This document shows, one piece after another, positions 19,576-29,584 of a DNA stretch of 64,000 bases. The DNA is from a candidate division FCPU426 bacterium (GTDB lineage: Bacteria; Oederibacteriota; Muellerivitia; Muellerivitales; Muellerivitaceae). The notes beneath the pieces are model-generated. The model searched no databases and was not told the origin of the DNA. It saw only the letters and a program-made list of their open reading frames with translations. The stretch's first letter is position 1; the number at the start of each line of letters is the position of its first letter. Location: contig CAWKAR010000038.1 in NCBI GenBank assembly GCA_963847625.1, positions 1-64,000 of the forward strand, read 5' to 3'. Position numbers and translations under genes: made by a program.

Positions 19576-20394
19576 ATGCCACGCAAGAAAAAAGAAGAAG
19601 TCACTAAAAACAGTTCCCATGATTCTCCAAAGAAAAAAATAAATAAAAAAATTATTAAAACCGTGTCCGGCGCTGCTAGGGAACCAATTGAAAAAAAACC
19701 TCGCGGGAAAGCAGATCTCGGTTCAAAAACCCTAAAAACGGCGTCAGCCAAAATGGGGGGTGCCAAGTATAAGAATGGAAATTCCCTGAAAATGAAGGAT
19801 TCTGGCGAAAAATACGTAACTGCTTCCACCGGCGGGAAGTCCCAGAAGCCGGTTTTCAAGGCTTCCAAATTGCCACGGTACGGTCAGACTCAAATGGTTG
19901 CCTTTATCCGTGATCCCCGCTGTATTTTTACTTACTGGGAGGTGACTCCGGAAAGCGTGGAGGCGGTTAAGAAACACTTAATGGGTGAGTTTCACAACAG
20001 CTCAATGGTTTTAAGGGTTTTCAAAACCAACACACATGGTGAATCGGAACTTCTTTATGAAATCAAAGTGGAACCCGATGAAATGAACAGGTACGTCAAC
20101 CTGGAGGAAAGCGGGGGAAGCTATTATATCGAAATAGGGCAAAAAACTTCTTCAGGCCGGTACATACCTTATGCCCGGTCCAATAAGGTTGTAACATCCC
20201 AGGGAGGCTTTTCCCCGACGGTCGACCCGAATTGGGAACCTCCCACCGGAATCCTGGAATATTTTTCGGATGAAATCGTTGAAGAGTCCTTTGAACCCGA
20301 AAAGAAGGGTTTTTCCGCATCGTTGGGAAAAGCCGCACGAATTTCTAAGCCTCCAAGAGGAAAGTTTGGGCATCACGCCGCTTCGCATTTTTAA
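19576..20394 (+). CDS. DUF4912 domain protein with Lys-rich N-terminus
   Basis: LPRYGQTQMVAFIRDPRCIFTYWEV ... YIEIG ... ARSNKV. Adjacent to GH57. Confidence 0.8.
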   Translation: MPRKKKEEVTKNSSHDSPKKKINKKIIKTVSGAAREPIEKKPRGKADLGSKTLKTASAKMGGAKYKNGNSLKMKDSGEKYVTASTGGKSQKPVFKASKLPRYGQTQMVAFIRDPRCIFTYWEVTPESVEAVKKHLMGEFHNSSMVLRVFKTNTHGESELLYEIKVEPDEMNRYVNLEESGGSYYIEIGQKTSSGRYIPYARSNKVVTSQGGFSPTVDPNWEPPTGILEYFSDEIVEESFEPEKKGFSASLGKAARISKPPRGKFGHHAASHF

Positions 20395-20515
20395 AATGAC
20401 ATTAGGTGGCAATATTTACCCCAAATATGAATAAAGACAAGTATAAATTATTATTGATTTAAATTTATTTCCGGCCGGAGCGTTTGATAAAGTTTTTTTT
20501 CGATAAATCCATTCA

Positions 20516-22132
20516 ATGTTTATCAAAGGTTTTTCATTGAGTCACCCTCCCCTCGGTTACCTCGCCTTCGTCCTCCATTGCCACCTTCCGTTCGTACGTC
20601 ATCCCGAACATGAGTATTTCCTGGAGGAAAATTGGTATTACGAGGCAATGTTTGAAAGTTATATCCCGTTGCTAATAAAGTTAGAGGGTTTGGCCGAAAA
20701 AGAAATACCTTTCAAGATCAATCTTTCGGTCTCCCCCACGTTGCTTTCCATGTGGGCCGATCCTCTCTTACAGGCGAGGGCCGTAAGACACGTGGATAAC
20801 CTTCTCGCGCTTTTACACAAAGAAATGGAAAGAGTGGGTAACACCTCTCCTTTCCGGCCCGTAGTGGAAATGTATTTTTCCAAATTGTCGGCCTATCGGG
20901 AAAAATTCATCCATCACTACCGTTGCGATTTAACCCTGGGGCTCCGAAAACTGATGGAATCGGGACGGGTTGAATTGATCGCCTGCGCAGCCACCCACGG
21001 TTATCTTCCGCTTATAGGGGTGAGGGAAGAGGCGGTAAAAGCGCAAGTGGAAGTAGCCCTAAAATTCCACAAAATTTTTTTCGGTGTGAAATCCACCGGA
21101 TTTTGGCTTCCGGAATGCGGTTATCAAACAGGGTTGGAAGAAGTGCTGGAGCGACAGGGGATCCGATATTTCCTCTTGGACACCCACGGACTTCTTTATG
21201 CAAATCCGCGGCCCTATTACGGGACCTTCGCTCCGGCCCGATGCCCCTCCGGCGCCGTGGTGTTCGCTCGGGACACGGAAAGCTCCAAGGAGGTTTGGAG
21301 TTCAAAAGAGGGTTATCCCGGGGACCCGGATTACCGGGATTTTTACCGGGACATCGGTTATGACTTGGAGGAATCCTATTTGGCGCCTTTTGTCAAACCG
21401 GAAGGAATCCGGCGGTTCACGGGATTGAAATATTTCCGAGTGACGGGGGGGCAGGAACCCAAAGAGCCTTACGATCCCCAGAAGGGCATCCAGCGGGCCA
21501 TGGGCCATGCGGTGGATTTTTTAGAGAAGCGGGTTGAACAACTAACCGCGATCAGCCGCTTGATCGACAGGCCACCCTTGGCAGTCTGTATGTATGACGC
21601 CGAATTATTCGGTCATTGGTGGTACGAAGGACCCGATTTCCTGGAAGGGGTCTTTGAGAAAAACCAATTACTAGGATTGGAAATGCAATTTGTAACACTG
21701 TCCGAATACCTGGAACAATATCCCCGACTCCAAACCGTGGAACCCAGCCCTTCGTCCTGGGGTTTTGGCGGTTATTCCGAATTTTGGTTGAATGAGTCCA
21801 ATGATTGGATCTATGCAAGTTTAACGAAGGCTTGTGACCTTATGGTGGAACAGGCATCCCATCAACCCCGGGCAAGGGGATTGACCCGGCGGGCCTTAAA
21901 CCAAGCTGCCCGGGAACTGCTCTTGGCCCAAGCCAGTGACTGGCCCTTTATGATGAAAATCGGCAACAACCGGAGCTATGCCGAAATGCGGTTTCGCAAA
22001 CATTTAGAGAGTTTTCACGAACTTTGCCGCCAAAATAAGGCCCAGGAAATAAATAGGTGTTATTTGGAAGATTTAGAGCAAAAGGACAATATATTTCCTG
22101 ATATCGACTATAGGGTTTACCAAAACCCTTGA
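20516..22132 (+). CDS. GH57 1,4-alpha-glucan branching enzyme (DUF1957); start may be TTG 20537
   Basis: LHCHLPFVRHP, ATHGYLP, WLPECG, YRDFYRDIG, YDAELFGHWWYEGP, LLAQASDWPF. Confidence 0.9.
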   Translation: MFIKGFSLSHPPLGYLAFVLHCHLPFVRHPEHEYFLEENWYYEAMFESYIPLLIKLEGLAEKEIPFKINLSVSPTLLSMWADPLLQARAVRHVDNLLALLHKEMERVGNTSPFRPVVEMYFSKLSAYREKFIHHYRCDLTLGLRKLMESGRVELIACAATHGYLPLIGVREEAVKAQVEVALKFHKIFFGVKSTGFWLPECGYQTGLEEVLERQGIRYFLLDTHGLLYANPRPYYGTFAPARCPSGAVVFARDTESSKEVWSSKEGYPGDPDYRDFYRDIGYDLEESYLAPFVKPEGIRRFTGLKYFRVTGGQEPKEPYDPQKGIQRAMGHAVDFLEKRVEQLTAISRLIDRPPLAVCMYDAELFGHWWYEGPDFLEGVFEKNQLLGLEMQFVTLSEYLEQYPRLQTVEPSPSSWGFGGYSEFWLNESNDWIYASLTKACDLMVEQASHQPRARGLTRRALNQAARELLLAQASDWPFMMKIGNNRSYAEMRFRKHLESFHELCRQNKAQEINRCYLEDLEQKDNIFPDIDYRVYQNP

Positions 22133-22223
22133 AAATCCGAGCCGATTTTAATTTTATAAGGCTGGGGATTTTTGCATAATAAACCTGAAAAGAGTGCAGC
22201 CAATATTTCCGGAGGAGTCTTCA

Positions 22224-23150
22224 TTGAAAACTGTTATCGGGGTTGATTTGGGGGGGACCAATATTGTTTCCGGGGTTGTGGATAAGAAGGGTAAGGTTCT
22301 CGGAAAAGACAAAAGACCCACCTTAGCCCGGTTGGGCGCGGTGGGAGTCATGAACCGGATTGTGGATAGTATTTATGCCGCCAGCGCCGATAGCCGCTTG
22401 CCTTGGGTTTCACACTTGGCCGTCGGTTTAGGCTCTCCCGGGCCCCTAGATCCCAAAAGAGGCCTTATTCTTTATACCCCCAATTTGAACTGGCATAATG
22501 TCAGAATTGTGGATTACCTCCAGAGGAAAATCCGGAAGAAAGTGGTGCTGGAAAACGACGCCAACCTGGCCGCCTTGGGTGAAACCTGGGCTGGCGCCGG
22601 TAAGGGCGAAAAAGTGGTTCTTTGCTTGACCCTTGGTACAGGGGTTGGCGGGGGATTGATCGTCGAAGGGAAAATATTCGAAGGCGCTTGGGGCGTGAGC
22701 AACCATATCGGCCATATCGTCGTAGATCCTAATGGACCCAAGACCGCCTACGGAAATCGGGGCATCTTAGAACAGTATGTTTCCGCAACCGGTATCGTCC
22801 GTCTAGCCAAAGAGGCAGGGTTGAAACCACCCCCCGGCCTGCCTGTAGAAGCCCAAAGCTTCCAGAAAATGGCCGAAATGGGCAACCGGAAGGCACGCAG
22901 GGTCTATGTCTTGGCGGGGAAAATGTTGGGAGTGGGTTTAACGACCGCCCTCCACCTTTTAAATCCGAGCATGGTCATTTTTAGCGGTGGAGTGTCCGCT
23001 GCTGGTTCACTTCTATTGAAACCAATGTTTAAAGAATTAAGGACCCGATGTTTTAAATCCCACTTGAAGGGTGTTAAATTCAAATTAGCGAAATTAGGGG
23101 ATGATATGGGCGTTATCGGAGCCGCTCGCTTAGCATGGCAGTCCATTTAA
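22224..23150 (+). CDS. ROK-family sugar kinase (gluco/mannokinase-like)
   Basis: GVDLGGT, GSPGPLD, LENDAN, TLGTGVGGG. TTG start after GGAGG. Confidence 0.85.
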   Translation: MKTVIGVDLGGTNIVSGVVDKKGKVLGKDKRPTLARLGAVGVMNRIVDSIYAASADSRLPWVSHLAVGLGSPGPLDPKRGLILYTPNLNWHNVRIVDYLQRKIRKKVVLENDANLAALGETWAGAGKGEKVVLCLTLGTGVGGGLIVEGKIFEGAWGVSNHIGHIVVDPNGPKTAYGNRGILEQYVSATGIVRLAKEAGLKPPPGLPVEAQSFQKMAEMGNRKARRVYVLAGKMLGVGLTTALHLLNPSMVIFSGGVSAAGSLLLKPMFKELRTRCFKSHLKGVKFKLAKLGDDMGVIGAARLAWQSI

Positions 23151-23253
23151 TGCCGTTGATTAAGATCACTTAAAAACAATTAAAATATGAGGTTTTTAGG
23201 CCAGAAATAAGTTGAATTATGAAAAAACAACCCTTAAAATACGGCCTTCAATT

Positions 23254-23287
23254 AGCCTGTCATTTGATTTGACGGGTGGTTTTTTTG
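23254..23287 (+). terminator. Possible intrinsic terminator
   Basis: GCCTGTCA-TTTGATT-TGACGGGT hairpin (with G-U pairs) followed by a T run. Confidence 0.45.
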
Positions 23288-23343
23288 TTTTTTATCAGGA
23301 ACTGTGGTAATACCGCCGTTCCTCATTTTTAAGGAGGGTGTTA

Positions 23344-23583
23344 ATGAAGCGTTTATTCGCAGTTTTGATGACCGTGTTGTTCATGGGTGCTGTTGGCGTG
23401 GCATTGGCTGATGAGGCTGCTGCTCCTGCTGCTGCAACTCCGGCTGCTGCCGCTCCGGCAAAGGCTGAGAAGAAGATGGCGAAGAAGGCCAAGAGAGCTG
23501 CTAAGAAAGCAAGAAAGGCGAAGAAGGAGAAGAAGGCTGCCGCAGCCGTTACCCCGGAAGCTGCTGCTCCGGCTGCCAAGTAA
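23344..23583 (+). CDS. Small secreted Ala/Lys-rich low-complexity protein
   Basis: AAGGAGGG RBS. Signal peptide ending VALA. KKAKRAAKKARKAKKEKK core. Strongly biased GCT/AAG codons. Confidence 0.75.
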   Translation: MKRLFAVLMTVLFMGAVGVALADEAAAPAAATPAAAAPAKAEKKMAKKAKRAAKKARKAKKEKKAAAAVTPEAAAPAAK

Positions 23584-23637
23584 TTTCGACCTTAAGCTAG
23601 TTGTGGTTTCAGGTTTAGAGCCTGAAACTTCCTAATC

Positions 23638-23674
23638 ATCGGGTGAATTTGAGAAAATTCACCCGATTTTTTTT
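23638..23674 (+). terminator. Rho-independent terminator
   Basis: ATCGGGTGAATTT-GAGA-AAATTCACCCGAT followed by a T run. Confidence 0.85.
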
Positions 23675-23741
23675 GTCCCGAGATGGTAAACCCTTAACAG
23701 GAAAGAGATTAACTTAAATTTAAGGTTTTTGAACCTGAATT

Positions 23742-25430
23742 TCAAAAATCATCCGTTATCGCCCCCTGACTGGCGGAGGAAACCAAATGGGCAAATTTAT
23801 GTAAAACACCGCTCGAATATTTGTTTTTCGGAGGTTTCCATTTTGTTTTACGTTTTTTCAGTTCACTTACGGTTACCTTTAATTCCAATTTCTTTTTTAC
23901 CGCGTCAATAGTGATTAGGTCTCCATCCTTGATGAGCCCGATAGGACCGCCAACCTGGGCTTCCGGAGCAATGTGACCGACTACCAGCCCATGGCTCCCA
24001 CCGGAAAACCTTCCATCCGTGATTAAGCCGATTTTTTCGATAAGACCCTGCCCCACAAGAGCGGCGGTAATGGCCAACATTTCCCTCATTCCGGGACCTC
24101 CCTTAGGTCCCTCGTAACGAATGACCACTACGTCACCCGCCTTAATTTTGCGCTTTTGAACGGCCTCAAAGGCCGCTTCTTCGCTGTCAAAAACCTTGGC
24201 AGGACCCGAATGTTGGACCACTTTCAAGCCCGAGATTTTGGCAACGGCGCCTTCGGGTGCCAAATTGCCTCTTAAGATCACAATGGGGCCGGTGGGATGA
24301 AAGGGGTTTTTCATGGGACGGATAACGTGCTGGTTCTTTGAAAGTGGGGCTGCCTGCTTCAGATTCTCGGCCAGGGTATTCCCCGTCACGGTCAGACAAT
24401 CGCCGTGCAGGAGCTTGGCTTCCAGAAGAAGTTTCATGACGGACGGAATGCCGCCAATACGATCCAGATCCGCCGCCACGTAACAGCCGCTGGGCTTCAA
24501 ATCCGCCAAGTGGGGTACCTTATCGCCGATTCGGTCGAAATCATCGATGGTGAGTTTGATCCCGATCGACTTGGCCATGGCAATCAAGTGAAGGACGGCA
24601 TTGGTGGAACCACCCAAAGCCATGACAACCGTGATAGCGTTCTCAAAGGCTTTTTTAGTCATGATGTCCTTTGGCCGGATGTTTTTCTTGATGAGTTCCA
24701 TGACTGTGGCCCCAGCCTTGTCGCAGAGAAGCCGTTTAGGTTCGCCGATAGCCGGCTGGCACGAATCGTGGGGAAGCGCCATTCCTAAGGCCTCGATGGC
24801 GGAGGCCATGGTATTAGCCGTATACATGCCGCCACAGGAACCCGGACCCGGGCATGCATTGCATTCGATATCTTTCAGTTTCTCCTTGCTGATCTGGCCT
24901 GCGCTGTACTGACCCACCGCTTCGAACACCGAAACAATGTCAATATCCCGGCCCTCCAACTTGCCCGGCAGGATGGTACCGCCATAGATGAAAAGCGAGG
25001 GGATATTCAAACGGGCCATACCCATGAGAGCCCCGGGCATATTCTTATCACAACCGCCGATGGCTACCAACCCATCAAAACGCTCTGCCGAAGCAACTAC
25101 TTCGATGGAATCGGCGATCACTTCCCTGGAAACGAGTGAAAACTTCATGCCTTCGTGGCCCATAGCAATACCGTCGGCAACCGTGATAGTCCCGAATGTT
25201 TGCCCTATACCCTGGGCGGATTGGATAGCCTGTTTCACGCGTTCTGCCAGCTCGTTAAGATGCATATTACAAGGAGTCACCTCGCTCCAAGCTGAGGCAA
25301 TGCCGATAACGGGTTTGTTGAAATCCTCATCTTTGAAACCTACTGCCCTTAACATGGCCCGATTTGGAGCTCTTTGATAACCCTCGGTCATAATCATGGA
25401 TCGTTGTTTGAGCCTGTTTTTCATGGGCAT
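23742..25430 (-). CDS. ilvD: Dihydroxy-acid dehydratase
   Basis: [48 protein letters not shown]. Confidence 0.97.
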   Translation of the reverse strand: MPMKNRLKQRSMIMTEGYQRAPNRAMLRAVGFKDEDFNKPVIGIASAWSEVTPCNMHLNELAERVKQAIQSAQGIGQTFGTITVADGIAMGHEGMKFSLVSREVIADSIEVVASAERFDGLVAIGGCDKNMPGALMGMARLNIPSLFIYGGTILPGKLEGRDIDIVSVFEAVGQYSAGQISKEKLKDIECNACPGPGSCGGMYTANTMASAIEALGMALPHDSCQPAIGEPKRLLCDKAGATVMELIKKNIRPKDIMTKKAFENAITVVMALGGSTNAVLHLIAMAKSIGIKLTIDDFDRIGDKVPHLADLKPSGCYVAADLDRIGGIPSVMKLLLEAKLLHGDCLTVTGNTLAENLKQAAPLSKNQHVIRPMKNPFHPTGPIVILRGNLAPEGAVAKISGLKVVQHSGPAKVFDSEEAAFEAVQKRKIKAGDVVVIRYEGPKGGPGMREMLAITAALVGQGLIEKIGLITDGRFSGGSHGLVVGHIAPEAQVGGPIGLIKDGDLITIDAVKKKLELKVTVSELKKRKTKWKPPKNKYSSGVLHKFAHLVSSASQGAITDDF

Positions 25431-25479
25431 GCCTTTCGAAAAAAGAGTATGGGCATTTTAGTCTCTAGGCAAAAGGGGC

Positions 25480-27800
25480 TCAAGCAAGCCGGGAAGAAAA
25501 AAGGAAGATAACCAGTGTGCTGAAAAGAAGGAAAAACAGGAAAAAGCCGAGTCGAAGGCCGGTGGGTTCGAATTTGAGTTCCACTTGGTTTTTCCCTTTC
25601 GGGAGATCAACGCCGATCAAAAGAAAATTGTAACAGTATAGATAGGACTTTTGGCTGTTTATTAAAACTTTCCAACCCGGGAGAAATGTTTTTTGGAGTA
25701 GGAGACCTGCCGATGGAACAGAGTTAGTGATCAAAAGCAGTTGGGTTTCGTCCCATTTTAAAATTTCCGGTGGAGGAAAAGTTCGATGAGATGGGGGTAG
25801 TTCGTTCCCATTCGGTATGAGTTCCAACCTGGCTTTGGGAAATGTTTCAGGGAGAGAATAAGTATATGGGTAATGTTTTTGCGTGATCCGAAAAGGCACG
25901 GGTATGTTCAAGGGTGTATCGGTAACGATTTGATCCACACCAATTTTCTGAAGCAAATCAACATTTTGTGCAAATCCTATCGGGTTCCGACCCTTATAGA
26001 CCCAGGAGAACCAACCCACTTCAGCCGCGAGCTTGTCGTAACGCGCCAAGCCCGGGTTGGCGTCAATGACCAGGTTGGGCCTTCCTGAAACGAAATTCAT
26101 ATTGGGATAGGCCATCTCGCCGTACTGAGCGGGCAGCGGGGAGGTGTTTTGCAAAAGCAGCACCAGGGAACGATTCTCGGGAGCGGGATAAGCGGGTTGA
26201 GGAATTTTAGAAGGGTCGTAAAAAGCGTTGCCGAAAGGCATTTGGAAAACCATGAGATCGGCAAAAACCAGGAACAGAAGAACGCTTTTCTGCCATTTCA
26301 GACCCCACCTTTTACGGTTGAAAACACAGGCGATCAACCCGGCTAGGAATAGCAAGGGAAGGAAAATGCGGGGATGACGCGGGTCGAGATTGAACGCCAG
26401 TGCATCCAGCTTTTCGGGAAGGCGCCCGAGGTAGACTGAAAAGGGCTGGGTGTGGATGCCGTCGCCCATGAGGAAATTCTGGATGGCCCAGGCGACCGTT
26501 TTCTCCATCAGGTGGCGGCCCGGGAAAAGGAAAAACCAACCCAGCGCCATAAATCCCAAAGCTGCCCCCCCAATACCATACCGAGTTTGCGGCCGGTAGA
26601 CACCGTTTTTTCGTTCACGAACCATTCCTCCCAGGCGTAGGCCGCCCCTAATCCCAAGACCCATGTCGCCAGAAACCAATACCTAGCCGGGTCCCTGAAG
26701 AAGGAGAAGAAGGGAAGTGTTTGAACCAAGGGATAGACAAAGAAGAATTTGCCCAAGGCCATCATTACTGCGAAAAGGCCTGTAACTCCGATAAACCGGC
26801 GGTTGGTACTTCTCCGAAGGAAGAACAACAAAATAAAGAAAAGGCCTGCGATCGAAAAGGCCACCTGCATTTCCACGAACTGGTATTGCCACCAATAATC
26901 TCCTTGGGCGCGGTCATATTGGGCGTGGCCAAAAAACCAGGGGAAAAGAAGGGTGATGAAATTGAGGGGCGTCCAGGAATGAAAGAAACGGTCCACATGG
27001 CTCCAATGGATTCCCAGGCCATCAGGCCAATGGCATTCCAGGGTGAAAAGAATGAGGGGCGAGGCGAAAAGCAAGGCGCTAATTCCGACCCATGCGACTG
27101 CTTTCAGCCTTTCCGGCAGGTCATGGGTATTCCAAAGAAGGGCCCAAAAAAGAAAAAACAGGCATTCCAAGAAAACCACCTGAGGATGGCCCGAAAGTAA
27201 GTTTAAGCCGAGGCCTAAGGATGAAAGCAGGGCCCAAAAAAACTTACGGCTCTTCAAATAACATAAAAGACTCAGAAAAGCCCAAGGAAAGAAAGCGTGG
27301 GCCCAGGCAACGTTCAAGTGGTCCAATTGCGCCATTTGATGGCCGTTATAGGTCCAAAGGAAAGCCAACAGCAGGGAGGCGGTTTGGGAAAGGCCCAAGC
27401 GGCGACCCAGGAAATAGGTTCCCGTGAGATAAAAGGCCGTCGGGAACAAAAACAATAAGTTAAAGGCGATTGTGAAGGAAGACATGGAATGAAAGAGCCA
27501 AAGAAAGGGTGATAGTACGCCCACTATGGAAACTGCGGCCACTGGCGCGCCATGGTAAGCCAAGTCCGAAATGAGCGGCAGGCGGTTTTGAACCAAATGC
27601 TGGTTTACCCAGTGGTAAAGAGGGTAATAAATGACAGTGAGATCGAGGGATAGGAAAATCTCATTAGATAAACGGGTGAACCAATCCTTGAAGCAAAAAA
27701 GAAAGGATAAGGCCAAGACCAGAAGCGCTGGCATTTCCGCACGAATGAAGAACTCGGGTTTCTGGCGAGGGTTAGTTTTTTCGGGGCGCATTATTCTCAA
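25480..27800 (-). pseudogene. YfhO-family (GT-C-like) membrane protein split by a frameshift at a G7 tract (26565-26571)
   Basis: ORF 26508-27800 (DLTVIYYP, LSGHPQ, FRDPARY) continues in another frame as 25480-26679 (PGWKV..LPKGKNQVELKFEP). G8 would fuse them. Confidence 0.75.
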
Positions 27801-28668
27801 GGGATTTCAACAGCTCACCGGTAATGGTTCCTGAGCAAATTTCCTCCACGGGTCCCCTCATAGTCAAATCAAAATTATAGCCGACTTTCACTGAAAGATC
27901 CCCGCCTGGCATGTGAATGGTCAAATCCCGGTTGGTTCTCTTGGTCTTTACACAGGCAGCGGCCACTGCGCAGGAGGAGGAACCAGAAGCCAGAGTATAA
28001 CCGGCACCTCTTTCCCAGATACGCATTGAAACCTCATGTTCGTTATCGACCTTGGCGAATTGGACATTGCTTCGGTTGGGAAAGGCCGGATGACGCTCCA
28101 AAAGGGGTCCTAAGCGGTGGATGTCCCGCTCTGCATCTTCAAGATTGTCATAAAACACGACGCAATGGGGATTGCCGACCGAAACACAAGTAACTTTCAG
28201 ATCTTTGCTGATTTTTTCCAGTTTCAGGGGTTTTTCAACCACTTCACCATCAAAGCCTGAAACAGGTATGGTTTTTGAATCAAAGGTAGCTTTTCCCATT
28301 TCTATCGTTACCGCTACGACTTTTCCTAAAGCCAGGTGCAATTGAGACTGTACCACTCCTCCATCTGTTTCAATCTCAAAGGAAGACTTTTTCGTGTAAC
28401 CATGTTCAAAGAGAAACTTGGAAAATATACGCAATCCATTTCCACTTTTTTCGGCTTTACTGCCATCCGGGTTATAGATGAGAAGTTTTGCCGGACAAGT
28501 TTCGGATTTTGCCAATGCCAGGATACCGTCGGAACCCACTCCAATATTTCGGTCACAGATACGCACAATATTCAAGGGTGTCAGTTCAAAGGAAAGCACG
28601 GAGGGGTCCATGACGAGGTAGTCATTCCCCAATCCATGTGACCGGATAAATTGATTTTTTAAAAGCAT
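27772..28668 (-). CDS. dapF: Diaminopimelate epimerase family protein with Ser at both catalytic Cys positions
   Basis: HGLGNDY, GVGSDG, YNPDGSKAEKSGNG, SVGNPH, RIWERGAGYTLASGSS, MPGG. Confidence 0.88.
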   Translation of the reverse strand: MLLKNQFIRSHGLGNDYLVMDPSVLSFELTPLNIVRICDRNIGVGSDGILALAKSETCPAKLLIYNPDGSKAEKSGNGLRIFSKFLFEHGYTKKSSFEIETDGGVVQSQLHLALGKVVAVTIEMGKATFDSKTIPVSGFDGEVVEKPLKLEKISKDLKVTCVSVGNPHCVVFYDNLEDAERDIHRLGPLLERHPAFPNRSNVQFAKVDNEHEVSMRIWERGAGYTLASGSSSCAVAAACVKTKRTNRDLTIHMPGGDLSVKVGYNFDLTMRGPVEEICSGTITGELLKSLENNAPRKN

Positions 28669-28720
28669 TAGAATCCCCCATCCTTTGTCAGTGAAAAGAA
28701 ACTCTATTTTTTAACGCGGT

Positions 28721-29584
28721 TCAATGGCCTTTTGAACAATAAAGATTCGTGTAATCGTCGGTTTTCAGGTTGTAACGATTGAGCAGGTAGCTGGCAGTTA
28801 CGGATCTAATGCTTTTACCACTTTTCGAAATTTCAGATATTTTGAAACCCATCTTTTGAAGGGCTGATAAAAACTGCTTGGGGTCGCTTCCGCATTTTTT
28901 TAGATTTTTTCCGCAGAATTCAACCACCATCTTTATCCTGCGGTTGGCCTTTACCAAACTTCTTATTCCCTTGAGCGCCTTGGCTTCGGCGCCTTGGATA
29001 TCCATTTTAATGAAATGAACCCGCTTGTCCAATTTTTTGAAATAATCGTCCAGCGAAACCGTTCTGATTGGGATACGGTCGCGATATTCTCCCGGGTTAT
29101 AGATGCGGTGGTCGCCCATATTGGTTTTGTTCAAGTAAAGCAGAGCTGAGCGGGTGTTATCGGAAACCGCACGGTTAACGAGCACGACGTTTAAATAGCC
29201 GTTTTGCTCGATGTTTTTTTCGAGAAGCCGAAAATTAACAGGATCGGGTTCAAAAGCATAAACTTTTCCCCGGGGCCCTACCAGCCGGGCGGCGATCAAG
29301 GTGTAATAGCCAATATTGGCCCCTATATCGACAAAAATTTCACCTTTCTTAAGCTCTTTTTTCAAAAGGGCGGTTTCAGTTGGTTCGTAAAACTCGTTTG
29401 TCGCCAACTCCAAAACGTCTTTTTCATCCAGCCACATAAGATGACCCTGGACCATGATGGAGCGAGGCTTGAAAAAAGAATAGACATGATCATAAAACCA
29501 ACGGATGAGTTTAATTTTTCCTAAGCCGCTTCCGCCGAAATACTTTTCAATGTTTTTGAGACAAGCCAGAAGCGGGCTACGCAT
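28721..29584 (-). CDS. FkbM-family methyltransferase
   Basis: FVDIGANIGYY, VYAFEP, IKMDIQGAE. Confidence 0.9.
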   Translation of the reverse strand: MRSPLLACLKNIEKYFGGSGLGKIKLIRWFYDHVYSFFKPRSIMVQGHLMWLDEKDVLELATNEFYEPTETALLKKELKKGEIFVDIGANIGYYTLIAARLVGPRGKVYAFEPDPVNFRLLEKNIEQNGYLNVVLVNRAVSDNTRSALLYLNKTNMGDHRIYNPGEYRDRIPIRTVSLDDYFKKLDKRVHFIKMDIQGAEAKALKGIRSLVKANRRIKMVVEFCGKNLKKCGSDPKQFLSALQKMGFKISEISKSGKSIRSVTASYLLNRYNLKTDDYTNLYCSKGH

